64,000 nucleotides of DNA, from NCBI GenBank assembly GCA_016783665.1, contig JADHWC010000001.1:10596-74595 (forward strand). Reading direction: 5' to 3'. The DNA is from Fidelibacterota bacterium (GTDB lineage Bacteria; Fidelibacterota; UBA2242). Positions 37,901 to 47,300 of this stretch are shown here, piece by piece (position 1 is the first letter of the stretch; each line of letters opens with the position of its first letter). The translations under genes were made by a program, and so were the position numbers. The notes under the pieces are model-generated. The model ran no database searches. It saw only the letters and a program-made list of their open reading frames with translations, and was not told the DNA's origin.

Positions 37901-38524
37901 GAAGGTGTGGTTTTAAATCCGGGCGGGTTTCTGATTTTGTCAAATGATACGTCGAAATTCAGAACTCAATTTCAGTCGGCAGGTAATGTCTGTGGAAATT
38001 TTGAATTCAACCTGAGTAACTCCGGTGAAACAATCATGCTGTATAATCACGCCGGTTATTTAGTGGATTCCGTCTGTTATGACGACGAGGCGCCCTGGCC
38101 TGTCGGGGCTGATGGTGGCGGTACAACACTCTCCCTGATCGACCCGGGACTGGATAATTCCAAACCGGAAAATTGGGGAATATCATCCGGTTATGGAACA
38201 CCCGGAATTCCCAACATCATTTCCGCTATCGATGATAATCGTGCTATAATTTTTGATACTTACTCTATGGGCTTAAATTTTCCCAACCCTTTTAATTCAA
38301 CGACGATAATTCCGCTAAATGTCGAACACACGAGTAATGTTCAAATATTGATCTTTAATGTTAACGGACAACTTATGGATAATCTATTTCAGGGACGCCT
38401 CCAGCCGGGGAGTTATAATTTCTGCTGGAAACCAACCGCCCTTTTACCTTCGGGTATATACTTTTATCAAATTGTAAAAGGTTGTAACATACCCGTTACA
38501 AAAAAAATGCTATTTCTAAAGTAA
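34967..38524 (+). CDS. Secreted LTD-CotH-LTD multidomain protein with chitobiase-C-like Ig domain and T9SS C-terminal sorting domain
   Basis: 1185 aa. Signal peptide. Lamin tail domain 1 (EFPDWIELYNPANIAVSLAGYSLSDD). GYGDDDDATVIS...NVLAIQVHN module. CHB_HEX_C-like segment (ATIYYSLDGSVPSESSLVYSSPLDI). CotH core (FARRRYGF...AVVYLNGAYWGIHNIREKINEHY). Lamin tail domain 2 (DSGDWVELYNASEIEKNLSGWIFRD). T9SS CTD (LNFPNPFNSTTIIPL...GIYFYQI...KKMLFLK). Confidence 0.85.
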   Translation: MAYKIFQRCFFLLLFMTGFFQVLTAQSVVINEVMSANVNTISDEDGEFPDWIELYNPANIAVSLAGYSLSDDSSDLQKWILPEVVLEPHGYLLVFASGKDRNEYISYWQAEITAGDVWKYRIGDSEPPADWSALTFDDANWLEGPTGIGYGDDDDATVISATNSVYIRKTFYIADVNAVRAALLHVDYDDAFIAYLNGTEIARANISGDHPPYNQPADTYTEPKIRYGGKPEQFRIDSLKNIITEGSNVLAIQVHNSSLESSDLTIIPFLTLGLQSEPPAPRAPDDLLEIRPYYLHTNFKVNSQGENIYLIGEQGIKLDEVNPGNMPNDVSYGRYPDGTSNWYYYSNTTPGGPNNGSGYQRVGSCVYFSLPGGLYNFPITLELTAENPSATIYYSLDGSVPSESSLVYSSPLDINESKVVRASSIETDALESPIMTNTYIVGQQHNLAIISLATAPENLWDPDSGIYVMGHNASSELPFYGANFWQDWERPVHIEFFEPDGQMGFSMDAGMKIFGGWSRVKPQKPLALFARRRYGFNEIDYQVFPELPIKRFQALVLRNSANDWEYTMFRDAMMQSLVEGTHIDLQAYRPAVVYLNGAYWGIHNIREKINEHYIASHYNIDPDNLDLLENRSVPLQGDAEHYTALENYISTHDLSIPANYEYVQSQMDIQNFIDYQTAQIFFDNRDWPGNNLKYWRGKKATGRWRWILYDTDFGFGLYNPTAYLLNTLEFATATNGPDWPNPAWSTLFLRKLLENKEFKIGFVNRFADLLNTNFKSDLVYQKIEYFKNLIESEMPNHFGRWQEGLGWYSLNVWYYHIETLKTFAKFRPAYVTAHIIGKFHLNGVVVVKIQHLSAAGKVRINSILVDDDLWTGNYFKGVPVELEAIPRPGYRFIEWQGIDNYNLNPVRIVPSEALDITAVFEIDSGYTGEIVINEINYHSHPDFDSGDWVELYNASEIEKNLSGWIFRDSNAENQFVIPEGVVLNPGGFLILSNDTSKFRTQFQSAGNVCGNFEFNLSNSGETIMLYNHAGYLVDSVCYDDEAPWPVGADGGGTTLSLIDPGLDNSKPENWGISSGYGTPGIPNIISAIDDNRAIIFDTYSMGLNFPNPFNSTTIIPLNVEHTSNVQILIFNVNGQLMDNLFQGRLQPGSYNFCWKPTALLPSGIYFYQIVKGCNIPVTKKMLFLK

Positions 38525-38628
38525 TTTTGAATAGAATAAAACCCCGATCAGGTTATGATTCAATTATTAATTAGATAAGAGAAATGTTATTAATATGATA
38601 ATAAATTTAAGGAGGCAATGATTAAGAT

Positions 38629-38808
38629 ATGGCGGATATATTCATCAAATTAAAAGTATATGGTTTGGCTTGGTTTTTGTTATTTATTACTGTGATGAGC
38701 ACTATCACATATAAAATTTACAAAACAAATTGCATTATAACTGTTGGTTGGAATCCGGGTGTTTTTGCCGGTTTCAATCCATTATATCGAGAAATAATAA
38801 CAAATTAA
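38629..38808 (+). CDS. Possible 59-codon small membrane protein (not in ORF track, below length cut-off)
   Basis: AAGGAGG Shine-Dalgarno 13 nt upstream of the ATG. Encodes MADIFIKLKVYGLAWFLLFITVMSTITYKIYK... with one predicted TM helix. The stop overlaps the AAGGAGG RBS of the next gene. No homology recognised. Confidence 0.2.
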   Translation: MADIFIKLKVYGLAWFLLFITVMSTITYKIYKTNCIITVGWNPGVFAGFNPLYREIITN

Positions 38809-38819
38809 AGGAGGCGAAA

Positions 38820-41360
38820 GTGAAGAAACAGTTGCTAATGATTGCGGTATTAGTACTTGCCGTCGGTATTAGTTACGGACAAGTTATCAATACCTTTGAT
38901 GTGGAGCCTGATACGACATTTTGGGCATTTTTTATGGGTGATAATGCCAGCGCCGATTCCAGCGCTGTGGATCATTCCATTGTTACCGATCCGGTTTATG
39001 AAGGCGCCGGGGCTATGAAATTAGAGTATAGCGCCCACAACTCTGAATCATGGGGCGGATTCAGTAAAATTGAACACTGGCATCCGGATTCCAATGCCAC
39101 TTATGATTTTACCGGATATGATTCCATCTCTTTCTGGTATTACAATGCAGTCCCTCAGTCAGCGGCAGGGAAAGTACATTTGAGATTTAATCTGCATGAT
39201 GTCAGCAATTCGGAAGAGGGCAACAAAACTTACGATGTGAACCAGGTCGAGTATTATTATTCCTTTCATTACATCCTTGATAATGCGCCTGGTTGGAATG
39301 AGATCAAAATGCCCCTGGTCGGAAATGACTCCTGGGATGGTAATGGTTTCAATCTGACTGGTTGGGCGGGAATTACCGGAAATGCCCTGCTGGATAAGGA
39401 TAAGATCAAAGGCTTTTCAGTTGAATTTTCAATCAGTGGTGGTGGAGATGGAGATCGGTCTTACGGAACAATTATTTTGGATCATCTGATATTAAAGGGT
39501 GTTGCTAAAATTGACCTGGTGTTCTTCAACGGTATGAATATTCCCGGAAGCGTCGGACTTTGGAATGGCTGGGGCGGCGGCAGCTATGAAATTGCCGAAG
39601 GTATGGGAGATGTTGAAGGAACCAACGCTTTGCTATGGAACACACCTCCGAATGACTGGGCAGTATGGGATGGTCTGGTTTGGTCTTTTGCCGAACCCAA
39701 AAACATGGCTCCCTCCTGGCATTCGGACAGCCTAACCTTTAAGATCAAAGCTGATACCGGTCTTGACTCTCTGAAGCTGGTCATCAGTGATGACGATATG
39801 GACGGTGAGGGTTCTGATCTGGAATATGAGGCTTTCTATATGTTGCATGAGGGCGAAGTCGGATATGACGGTACCTGGAAGACCGTAACACTGGCACTGG
39901 AAGATTTCGATCGGAATGGCGGCGGCTGGAACGCATCAACCAGTTCTATGCAATATGATACACTTATGGATTCCAGCCGAGTTAAGAATTTTAAAATTCT
40001 GATCGGAAGTGTTAATGCAGTCGGCAAAGTGGTCTATCTGGATGATATTTGGACCGGCACTCCAGTGTTTGATTGGGTTGGCACTGAAGAAGTACAAGGT
40101 GTTGATGCAGTTCAGTCCACTGAATTTTACAACCTTGTCATCTGGCAGGATAATGTCGGAGAATCGGGTGAATCTTATAATGTATACGCTAGTCGGCAGC
40201 CGATAACAGACGTTATGGATACTAACGTGGAAATGATAGCTAAGGGAGTTCTTGAAGGAACCCAGAATGCTATCCATTATATCTATTATCCTCTCGAAGA
40301 TAATGAAATGACTTATTATTATGCCGTTGTTTGTATTGATGCATCCGGTAATGACGGTCCCGCCGGTGTTTCCGGAGCAATTGTCAATACCGCCAAAGGT
40401 ATTCCAACTATTTCACTGGATGTTCCAGCCGGTTTTGCGGTGGATGGCGTTTTTACTGAGTGGTGGGACAGTGATATTAAACCCTGGGTATTGAAACCTG
40501 AAACCGATAACGTTGCAGTTGGTACAATAAATGATAGTCTGGATTTGATGGCAACGGTTTACCTCGCTATTGATGATGACTATCTGTACGTAGCCGCCGA
40601 CGTTATTGATGATGTCTATAATTTTGGCGCTGGTGAATGGTGGAACCAGGACGCCTTTGAGTTTTTCATCGGACTTTATAATTCAAGGGGTTCAAAACAT
40701 ACCAGCAATAAGAGAGGATCGGAACCGGATTATAAACTACAATTTCATGAAAACGGAATTATCAATGAATATGTAGGCAATACTATCTGGACTGTTGATG
40801 ATGATAATTATCATCTGGAGAATTTTAGCGGAGTGGATTATGTCATTGAAGCTAAAATACCGTTAGATTCAATTGCAGGTCCTGACGATGATCGTTTTCA
40901 TCCGGTTCGCGGTATGCGGATACCGATTGAACTGTATTTTCATGACAATGATGGGGCATGGGACGGAAACCTGGCATGGTCGCCGTTTAATACGGATCTG
41001 GCCTGGCAATCACCGACCCAGTGGAGTCATACCTGGATCGGCGACACCATGGACGTCGTTGGCACTTCAATCGATCTTACCGATTCCAGAATAATTAAAT
41101 CCTATAGGTTAGAACAGAACTATCCGAATCCGTTCAATCCCACAACCCGGATCGAATACACAATTCCTCATGGTGGTCAAGTGTCTTTACAGGTATTCAA
41201 TATGCTTGGTCAGAAAGTTGCTGATTTGGTTAATGAATATCAAAGAGCAGGGAAATACAATATCGCCTGGAATGCATCGGATGTTCCTTCCGGCGTCTAT
41301 TTCTATAGGATTCAATCCGGAGTATTTAATCAAACTAAAAAGATGTTGCTTGTGAAATAA
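38820..41360 (+). CDS. Secreted CBM9-like / beta-sandwich multidomain protein with T9SS C-terminal sorting domain
   Basis: GTG start at 38820 preceded by AAGGAGG, followed by signal peptide KKQLLMIAVLVLAVGISYGQ. The track ORF start at 38730 lacks a signal peptide. CBM9-like segment (LYVAADVIDDVYNFGAGEWWNQDAFEFFIG). T9SS CTD (LEQNYPNPFNPTTRIEYTIP...GVYFYRIQSG...KKMLLVK). Confidence 0.6.
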   Translation: MKKQLLMIAVLVLAVGISYGQVINTFDVEPDTTFWAFFMGDNASADSSAVDHSIVTDPVYEGAGAMKLEYSAHNSESWGGFSKIEHWHPDSNATYDFTGYDSISFWYYNAVPQSAAGKVHLRFNLHDVSNSEEGNKTYDVNQVEYYYSFHYILDNAPGWNEIKMPLVGNDSWDGNGFNLTGWAGITGNALLDKDKIKGFSVEFSISGGGDGDRSYGTIILDHLILKGVAKIDLVFFNGMNIPGSVGLWNGWGGGSYEIAEGMGDVEGTNALLWNTPPNDWAVWDGLVWSFAEPKNMAPSWHSDSLTFKIKADTGLDSLKLVISDDDMDGEGSDLEYEAFYMLHEGEVGYDGTWKTVTLALEDFDRNGGGWNASTSSMQYDTLMDSSRVKNFKILIGSVNAVGKVVYLDDIWTGTPVFDWVGTEEVQGVDAVQSTEFYNLVIWQDNVGESGESYNVYASRQPITDVMDTNVEMIAKGVLEGTQNAIHYIYYPLEDNEMTYYYAVVCIDASGNDGPAGVSGAIVNTAKGIPTISLDVPAGFAVDGVFTEWWDSDIKPWVLKPETDNVAVGTINDSLDLMATVYLAIDDDYLYVAADVIDDVYNFGAGEWWNQDAFEFFIGLYNSRGSKHTSNKRGSEPDYKLQFHENGIINEYVGNTIWTVDDDNYHLENFSGVDYVIEAKIPLDSIAGPDDDRFHPVRGMRIPIELYFHDNDGAWDGNLAWSPFNTDLAWQSPTQWSHTWIGDTMDVVGTSIDLTDSRIIKSYRLEQNYPNPFNPTTRIEYTIPHGGQVSLQVFNMLGQKVADLVNEYQRAGKYNIAWNASDVPSGVYFYRIQSGVFNQTKKMLLVK

Positions 41361-41375
41361 CAATAACTATTTTTC

Positions 41376-41414
41376 GATGGGGTATGGATCTAACGAACCA
41401 TACCCCATCTTTTC
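41376..41414 (+). terminator. Rho-independent terminator (12-bp perfect stem GATGGGGTATGG / CCATACCCCATC, 10-nt loop, TTTTC tail)
   Basis: Hairpin directly visible 16 nt after the stop at 41360. Confidence 0.6.
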
Positions 41415-41518
41415 ACAAGATATTTGAGACTTTTTCTACATTGATTAAATGGAATATTTCCGCAATATTTCATCTAAATTTTAGGGTAGCGATAAGAACC
41501 GTTTAGAGGGAAAATCGT

Positions 41519-44263
41519 ATGGGTAGTTTTAAAAATAAAAATATATTAGCAGGATTTTTAATCCTGTTTGTCATTTTAGTTGCTATTCCGACTTTTGGTC
41601 AAACAACAGGTAAAATTTCCGGAAAAGTGTTTGATCAAAAAACCGGTGATCCGCTACCGGGAACTAACGTAATTGTTGAGGGGACCTCTTACGGCGCAGC
41701 AGCGGACGAGAGCGGTGATTTCTATATCATTAATCTCAGTCCGGGTATCTATACAGTCAAAGTCCAGATGATCGGATATAAACCAATAATTGTTCAAAAC
41801 CTTCGGGTTTCCATTAACCGCACGGAATATTTGGAAATTAAAATGGAATCAACCGTTATTGAAGGAGAGACAGTTGTTGTTACGGCACGAAAAATATCGG
41901 TTCGCAAAGATCAGACCAGTACCGTAAAAAATGTATCAAGTGATGAAATCGAGATGTTGCCTATCGAAAGTATTTCCGATGTTGTATCCATGCAGGCGGG
42001 GGTAGTAAAAGGACATTTTAGAGGAGGGCGCCAGACGGAAGTTTCGTATATGATTGATGGAATTCCCGTGGATGAAGGTTTTGGCGGAGAAGGACGCTCG
42101 GTTGATCTTGAGCCGGAGACTATTCAGGATCTTGAGGTTATTACAGGCACTTTTAATGCTGAATACGGCAAAGCCATGAGCGGTATTGTTAATGTAGTCA
42201 CAAAAAAAGGAAGCAACGAGTTTCACGGATCGGCTTCCGCCGCACTGGCCAATTATTTTACGCGCAATACAGATATTTTTAGCGGACTCAAATCATCGGA
42301 AATAACCCGGAATCAGGATTATAAAATCAATTTAAACGGTCCGATTTTAAAAAATAAACTATATTTCCTGATGAACTACCGCTATCAGGATAATAAAAAC
42401 CATCTAAACGGAATAAGACGTTTTAACGTTGATGACTTCAGCTATTTTGTGGCTGATGACCTCGCAATGTGGTATTCGGAATATAATGGAGACAGCGCCT
42501 ACGTGCCTATGAATCGCAATATCAATGAATCTTTTATGGGTAAATTATCTACTGATTTGTTTAGAAATTTTAAAATATCAGCGATGTATACATTAAATAA
42601 AGACGAATGGCATCAATATGATCATATGTATAAATACGATCCCGATGGACGCGCCATTCCTCAAAGATTATCAAAAATGTATGCCTTTAATATTAATCAC
42701 ATGTTATCAAATTCACTCTTTTATGAATTGAAACTTTCGTACGTGGATAATTATTACGGTAATTATGTTTTTGAAAATCCGCTCGATTCGGGCTATGTGC
42801 ATGATGCGTACAGTCAGAGTGATGGACCGGGATTTTTTACCGGAGGACAGGATAAGTTCCATACAGAGCGAACGATGATTGATAAAAACGCCAAGTTTGA
42901 CGTCACCTGGCAAATGAATAAACATCACAGTTTTAAAACCGGATTTCATTATACCGGGTATATTATAGATGGTAAAGTGATGGAAATTCGTAATAAATAT
43001 GCCGATACTGAAGAAGAGGGGCTCTTTGAAATCCGTTTTATAAACGGTAAACCCAAAATTATATATCCTTATTATGAGCCGATTGTTTTACATGACACAA
43101 CGATTTATTCGGATATTATCTATGTCGAGCCAAAGGAGTATGCGGCATATTTTCAAGATAAAATGGAATTCGATAATATGGTCATTAATTTGGGAATCCG
43201 ATATGATTATTTTGATCCCAATAAAAGATATCCCTCTCAGTGGCGAAACCCGGCCAACCAGATGAGATTCCCTGGTAATCCCGAGAAGATGTCGAACTAT
43301 GTCTATGCTAAACCCAAAACCCAGATCAGTCCGCGTTTTGGATTATCTTACCAGTTGGGCAATGCGGCGGTTTTGCATTTTAGTTACGGTCATTTTTTCC
43401 AGATGCCGCCCGGATATGCATTATATTCTGGTAATTCTTACCGAATTTCACCGACCGACTATGTTACAATTCTTGGAAACCCCACAATTAATGCTCAAAA
43501 AACCGTTACCTACGAAATTGGACTCTGGCAGGAACTTGTGAGTGATATGGACCTAGACGTAGCGCTTTTTTACAGGGATATTTATGATCTCCTTAGTACA
43601 AAGATAGTGAGTACCTATAATCAAACCGAATATGGTCTTTATACAAATAAGGATTATGGAAACGCCAGGGGGCTTGAAATAAAATATAAGTGGTACTATC
43701 ATAACTTCTCGTTAAATCTGAATTATACCTTACAATATACGCGCGGGAATGCCGATAATCCGCAACAGACTTTTAACCGCGCCGGCAATAGTATGGATCC
43801 GATCAGCCAGATGATTCCAATGTCCTGGGATCAAAGGCATACGTTGAATGTTACAGCCGGATATAATACCGCCAAATATGGCGCGACATTGACCGGTTAT
43901 TACAATTCAGGTACGCCCTATACATGGTCGCCGGTGGGGAACAGTATTTTGTTCAGGGTTAATTTAACGCCGAATAATTCCTGGCAACCGGAACAATATA
44001 ATTTTGATTTTAACGGATATTACAATTTGAATATTTCTAAAAAGTTTAAGACAAAATTAACTCTGACGGTTTATAATTTATTCGATCGCCTGAATGAGAA
44101 CTGGGTCAATAATCAGACCGGTCGAGCCTATACTGCAATCGTCAGAGATACGGATATTGCGAGTCATAGAAGCGATTTCAATGATTTCTATGACATAATA
44201 CACAATCCGGGTATGTATGCAGCGCCACGCTTAGTCAAGATTGGATTGGGAATAGATTTTTAA
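41519..44263 (+). CDS. TonB-dependent outer-membrane receptor with N-terminal carboxypeptidase-regulatory-like (CarbopepD_reg) domain
   Basis: 914 aa. Signal peptide. CarbopepD_reg beta-sandwich (GKISGKVFDQKTGDPLPGTNVIVEGTSYGAAADESGDFYI). Plug domain (TVVVTARK...IQDLEVITGTFNAEYG). Long beta-barrel ending in a terminal aromatic residue (...GLGIDF). Confidence 0.75.
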   Translation: MGSFKNKNILAGFLILFVILVAIPTFGQTTGKISGKVFDQKTGDPLPGTNVIVEGTSYGAAADESGDFYIINLSPGIYTVKVQMIGYKPIIVQNLRVSINRTEYLEIKMESTVIEGETVVVTARKISVRKDQTSTVKNVSSDEIEMLPIESISDVVSMQAGVVKGHFRGGRQTEVSYMIDGIPVDEGFGGEGRSVDLEPETIQDLEVITGTFNAEYGKAMSGIVNVVTKKGSNEFHGSASAALANYFTRNTDIFSGLKSSEITRNQDYKINLNGPILKNKLYFLMNYRYQDNKNHLNGIRRFNVDDFSYFVADDLAMWYSEYNGDSAYVPMNRNINESFMGKLSTDLFRNFKISAMYTLNKDEWHQYDHMYKYDPDGRAIPQRLSKMYAFNINHMLSNSLFYELKLSYVDNYYGNYVFENPLDSGYVHDAYSQSDGPGFFTGGQDKFHTERTMIDKNAKFDVTWQMNKHHSFKTGFHYTGYIIDGKVMEIRNKYADTEEEGLFEIRFINGKPKIIYPYYEPIVLHDTTIYSDIIYVEPKEYAAYFQDKMEFDNMVINLGIRYDYFDPNKRYPSQWRNPANQMRFPGNPEKMSNYVYAKPKTQISPRFGLSYQLGNAAVLHFSYGHFFQMPPGYALYSGNSYRISPTDYVTILGNPTINAQKTVTYEIGLWQELVSDMDLDVALFYRDIYDLLSTKIVSTYNQTEYGLYTNKDYGNARGLEIKYKWYYHNFSLNLNYTLQYTRGNADNPQQTFNRAGNSMDPISQMIPMSWDQRHTLNVTAGYNTAKYGATLTGYYNSGTPYTWSPVGNSILFRVNLTPNNSWQPEQYNFDFNGYYNLNISKKFKTKLTLTVYNLFDRLNENWVNNQTGRAYTAIVRDTDIASHRSDFNDFYDIIHNPGMYAAPRLVKIGLGIDF

Positions 44264-44319
44264 GAATGTCCAAAAAGTGGGATGGAGATCAAATGATCAC
44301 ATTAGGAGGTCAGTCATCA

Positions 44320-47300
44320 ATGAAGAAAATGTCTAAAATATTCCTGTTTATACTTGCTTGTCTGCTATTGAGCAGTATTATATATGGTCAGGGTAAACTT
44401 TATGAAGGTCCCGATGACCCGGCTGCAGATCCGGCGGCTATTCGCGAAGGATATATGACCGGCAACCGCGTGCTTTTATATTTTCGGAATACAACTCAGC
44501 TGTCCGATTGGCCGAAAGTGGAAGTATCCAAGTGGCCGAATACCTATGAAGGCACTAAAATGGTTGATGGTATCGGACTCTTGATCGGCGCACAGGTTTT
44601 TATTACTCAGGATACGGTGCCCGTAACTGATCCGACGCAGCGAATTTTATTGAACGCTCAGCATAAGCTGGACACCCTGTATTTTCTACAGACCCATTAT
44701 CGTGAAGAGATGGATCGCGATCCGACTGGGCAGATTGAATGGGGACTATATCCGGTTTTTGGGTATTTTAATGAAAATAGTGAGTACCCTGCTATGAGCA
44801 ATTTACCAAACTCATGGCCGACCGCTGGCTGGCCGGCTTCGGGTGACCAGTTGCAATGGCAAGGGGAATGGGATGGCAGATTTGGGCGCGGTGTGATCTA
44901 TGCCGATCTGGAAACCTATTTTGTAGCCAACGATGCCCAGGATCAGGAGTATTTAGGGCCTGAAGATATAGTAAAATATTATCCCCGCCCGGAACGTAAA
45001 ATCGGGGATAAGCGCCCGTCGGTTACAGTTCAATATGGAAAACCCTGGGGTGGGATTGGTATTCGCGTCGAGCAGCGTGGTTTTCAATGGAATAATCCTC
45101 AGGCGCGGGATGCGATTTTCTGGGAATACAATATTGCCAATATCTCGGATTACGATCTTCCGGAAATGGCTTTTGGATATTGGGTGGATAATGCTATCGG
45201 TGACAATGTCGCCGGCGCCGGTGATGATGATGAACTGGGCTTCTTTGACAGGAAAATCGATTTGGCATATTCCTGGGATATTGACGGCATTGGTCAGGGT
45301 GGTTATCCGACGGGAATAATGGGATTTGCCTATCTGGAAAGTCCGGGACTTGCTTATGATGAGATTGATAATGATGAAGATGGATTAGTTGATGAAAAGC
45401 GGGATAACCCTGCCGGAAATATAATTGGACCGACAGTTGGTATTGCCGTTCTATCTGATTTTCTGGAATTTTATCGTTTAACCGAAGAGGATCTACGCGA
45501 TCATTACGAAGGCGATGAAGATCAGGATTGGCAAGATGGTGAAGACCTGAACGGGAATGGGATTTATGATGTCGGCGAGGATGCCGGCGATGATGTCGGG
45601 CTGGACGGCGTCGGTCCATCGGAATTGAATTATACCGGTCCCGATCCCGGTGAATGCAATCATATGCCGGATTATACCGAGGATGGCTGTGAGCCTAATT
45701 TTGCCGCTACCGATGTCAGTGAATCGGATATGGTGGGCTTGACCTCTTTTCAGTTGTTTCCGATTCAGCCGCACCGACCTCCTTATACCAAGTGGTTCCG
45801 CAATGATAAATCCATGTGGGAGGTCGTCGGCTCGGATACACTGATTGAGTATCTTGGCAATATCTCTAATCTTGTGGAAACCTTTGCATCCGGACCATTT
45901 CCGCTTTATCAGGGGCGCACCGAGCGTATTTCAATGTCGGAGTTACATTCTTTTGATCCGCTTGAAGGGCTGAGTTCCGATGAATACTCTGCACCGGCGT
46001 TGTTTGAATTAAAGCGCATCGTGCAGGTGATTTATGAAAAGGATTACCGTTTTGCCCAGCCGCCGAAAATGCCTACCCTGACGGCTACAGCCGGCGACGG
46101 GAAAGTGATCTTAACCTGGGATGATATTGCCGATACGAAAACACGGGATCCCTTTGTAGGAAATGTAAACGATTTTGAGGGCTATAAACTATTCCGTGCT
46201 ACAGACAAAAAAATGTCTGACGCCGAAGTGATTACTGACGGTTACGGTACGCCTATGTTTAAGAAGCCGATTTTTCAGTGTGATATTAAAGACGACCGCA
46301 CCGGTTTTACGGATTTTGGGCTGGTGAATGGCATGGGTTATAACCTGGGTACTGATTCCGGAATTAGACATTATTTTATTGATACAAACGTCCAGAATGG
46401 GCGGACTTATTATTATGCAATCGTAGCCTATGATTACGGCGCTCCACATATCGGGCCCGGCATTTCACCTTCCGAAAATAATATCATTATTGAATTAGAC
46501 GAGGCGGAAGAAATCAGAAATACAACGAAAAACGTCCAAATTGTGACGCCCCATCAACGGGCGGCAGGTTATGTGCCAGAAGATATTCAAATGGATTTAA
46601 ACGATGATATTATCGGAACGGGAACAGTTGTTCCGGAAATTCTGGCAAAAAACAGTCTGAAACCGGGACACTTATATAAAGTTAGCTTTGGCTTGGATAC
46701 TCTTGGCGTTATTGACAAATATGATCATGGAGTTTATTATACCAATAATAGTATAAATGTTTTTGATGCAACAGATTCTGTCGTCATTTACAAGGAAAAT
46801 CCGGATAGGTTTCCCGGAACGAATCTCGTATATGACGATACTCTCGATAACTGGTATATCAATACTCTCAATGTGATCAATACCGATGTGTTCGACGGTT
46901 TACGGTTGAATATTCAAATATCAGTAAGAACAGCCACCTTTGATTATGGAAATTCCGGCTGGATTGTCGGAAGCTCGCCAATCAATGTCACTCCTACAAA
47001 ACGGGAGTCCAAATTTTTCTCCTGGGATTACGATATCATTTTCAGTGATGAAGTCAAATATACAGGGCAGGGAAGCGCCTCACGAATTCGAGATGTCAAC
47101 GATACTCAGATTCGACGGGATTTGCTGACGACGGAAGACTTCAATTTCTACGTAGTCAATAAAACGTTTACTGATTCGGTGGAAGTTCTTGATATGGTTG
47201 TGCATGATCTGGATAAAAACAGTCAGTTTGATATATTAACCGATAAAATCTATGTTGGGCCGCTTAACTCAGATGGTAAATGGGCCGGCGCCGTATTTGC

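Noticed and set aside
38730-38819. Track-proposed start for the CBM9-like protein at 38730 (MHYNCWLESG...), also 44266 and 55453 for other genes
   Set aside because: The upstream extensions lack signal peptides and RBS. Downstream starts (38820 GTG, 44320, 55489, 47821, 32688) give canonical signal peptides with good Shine-Dalgarno spacing.
45194-45619. 141-aa minus-strand ORF rich in His/Arg/Pro (MDRRRPARHHRRHPRRHH...)
   Set aside because: It is the reverse complement of the Asp/Gly-rich calcium-binding repeat region of the large plus-strand protein. The low-complexity sequence is a mirror artefact, not a gene.
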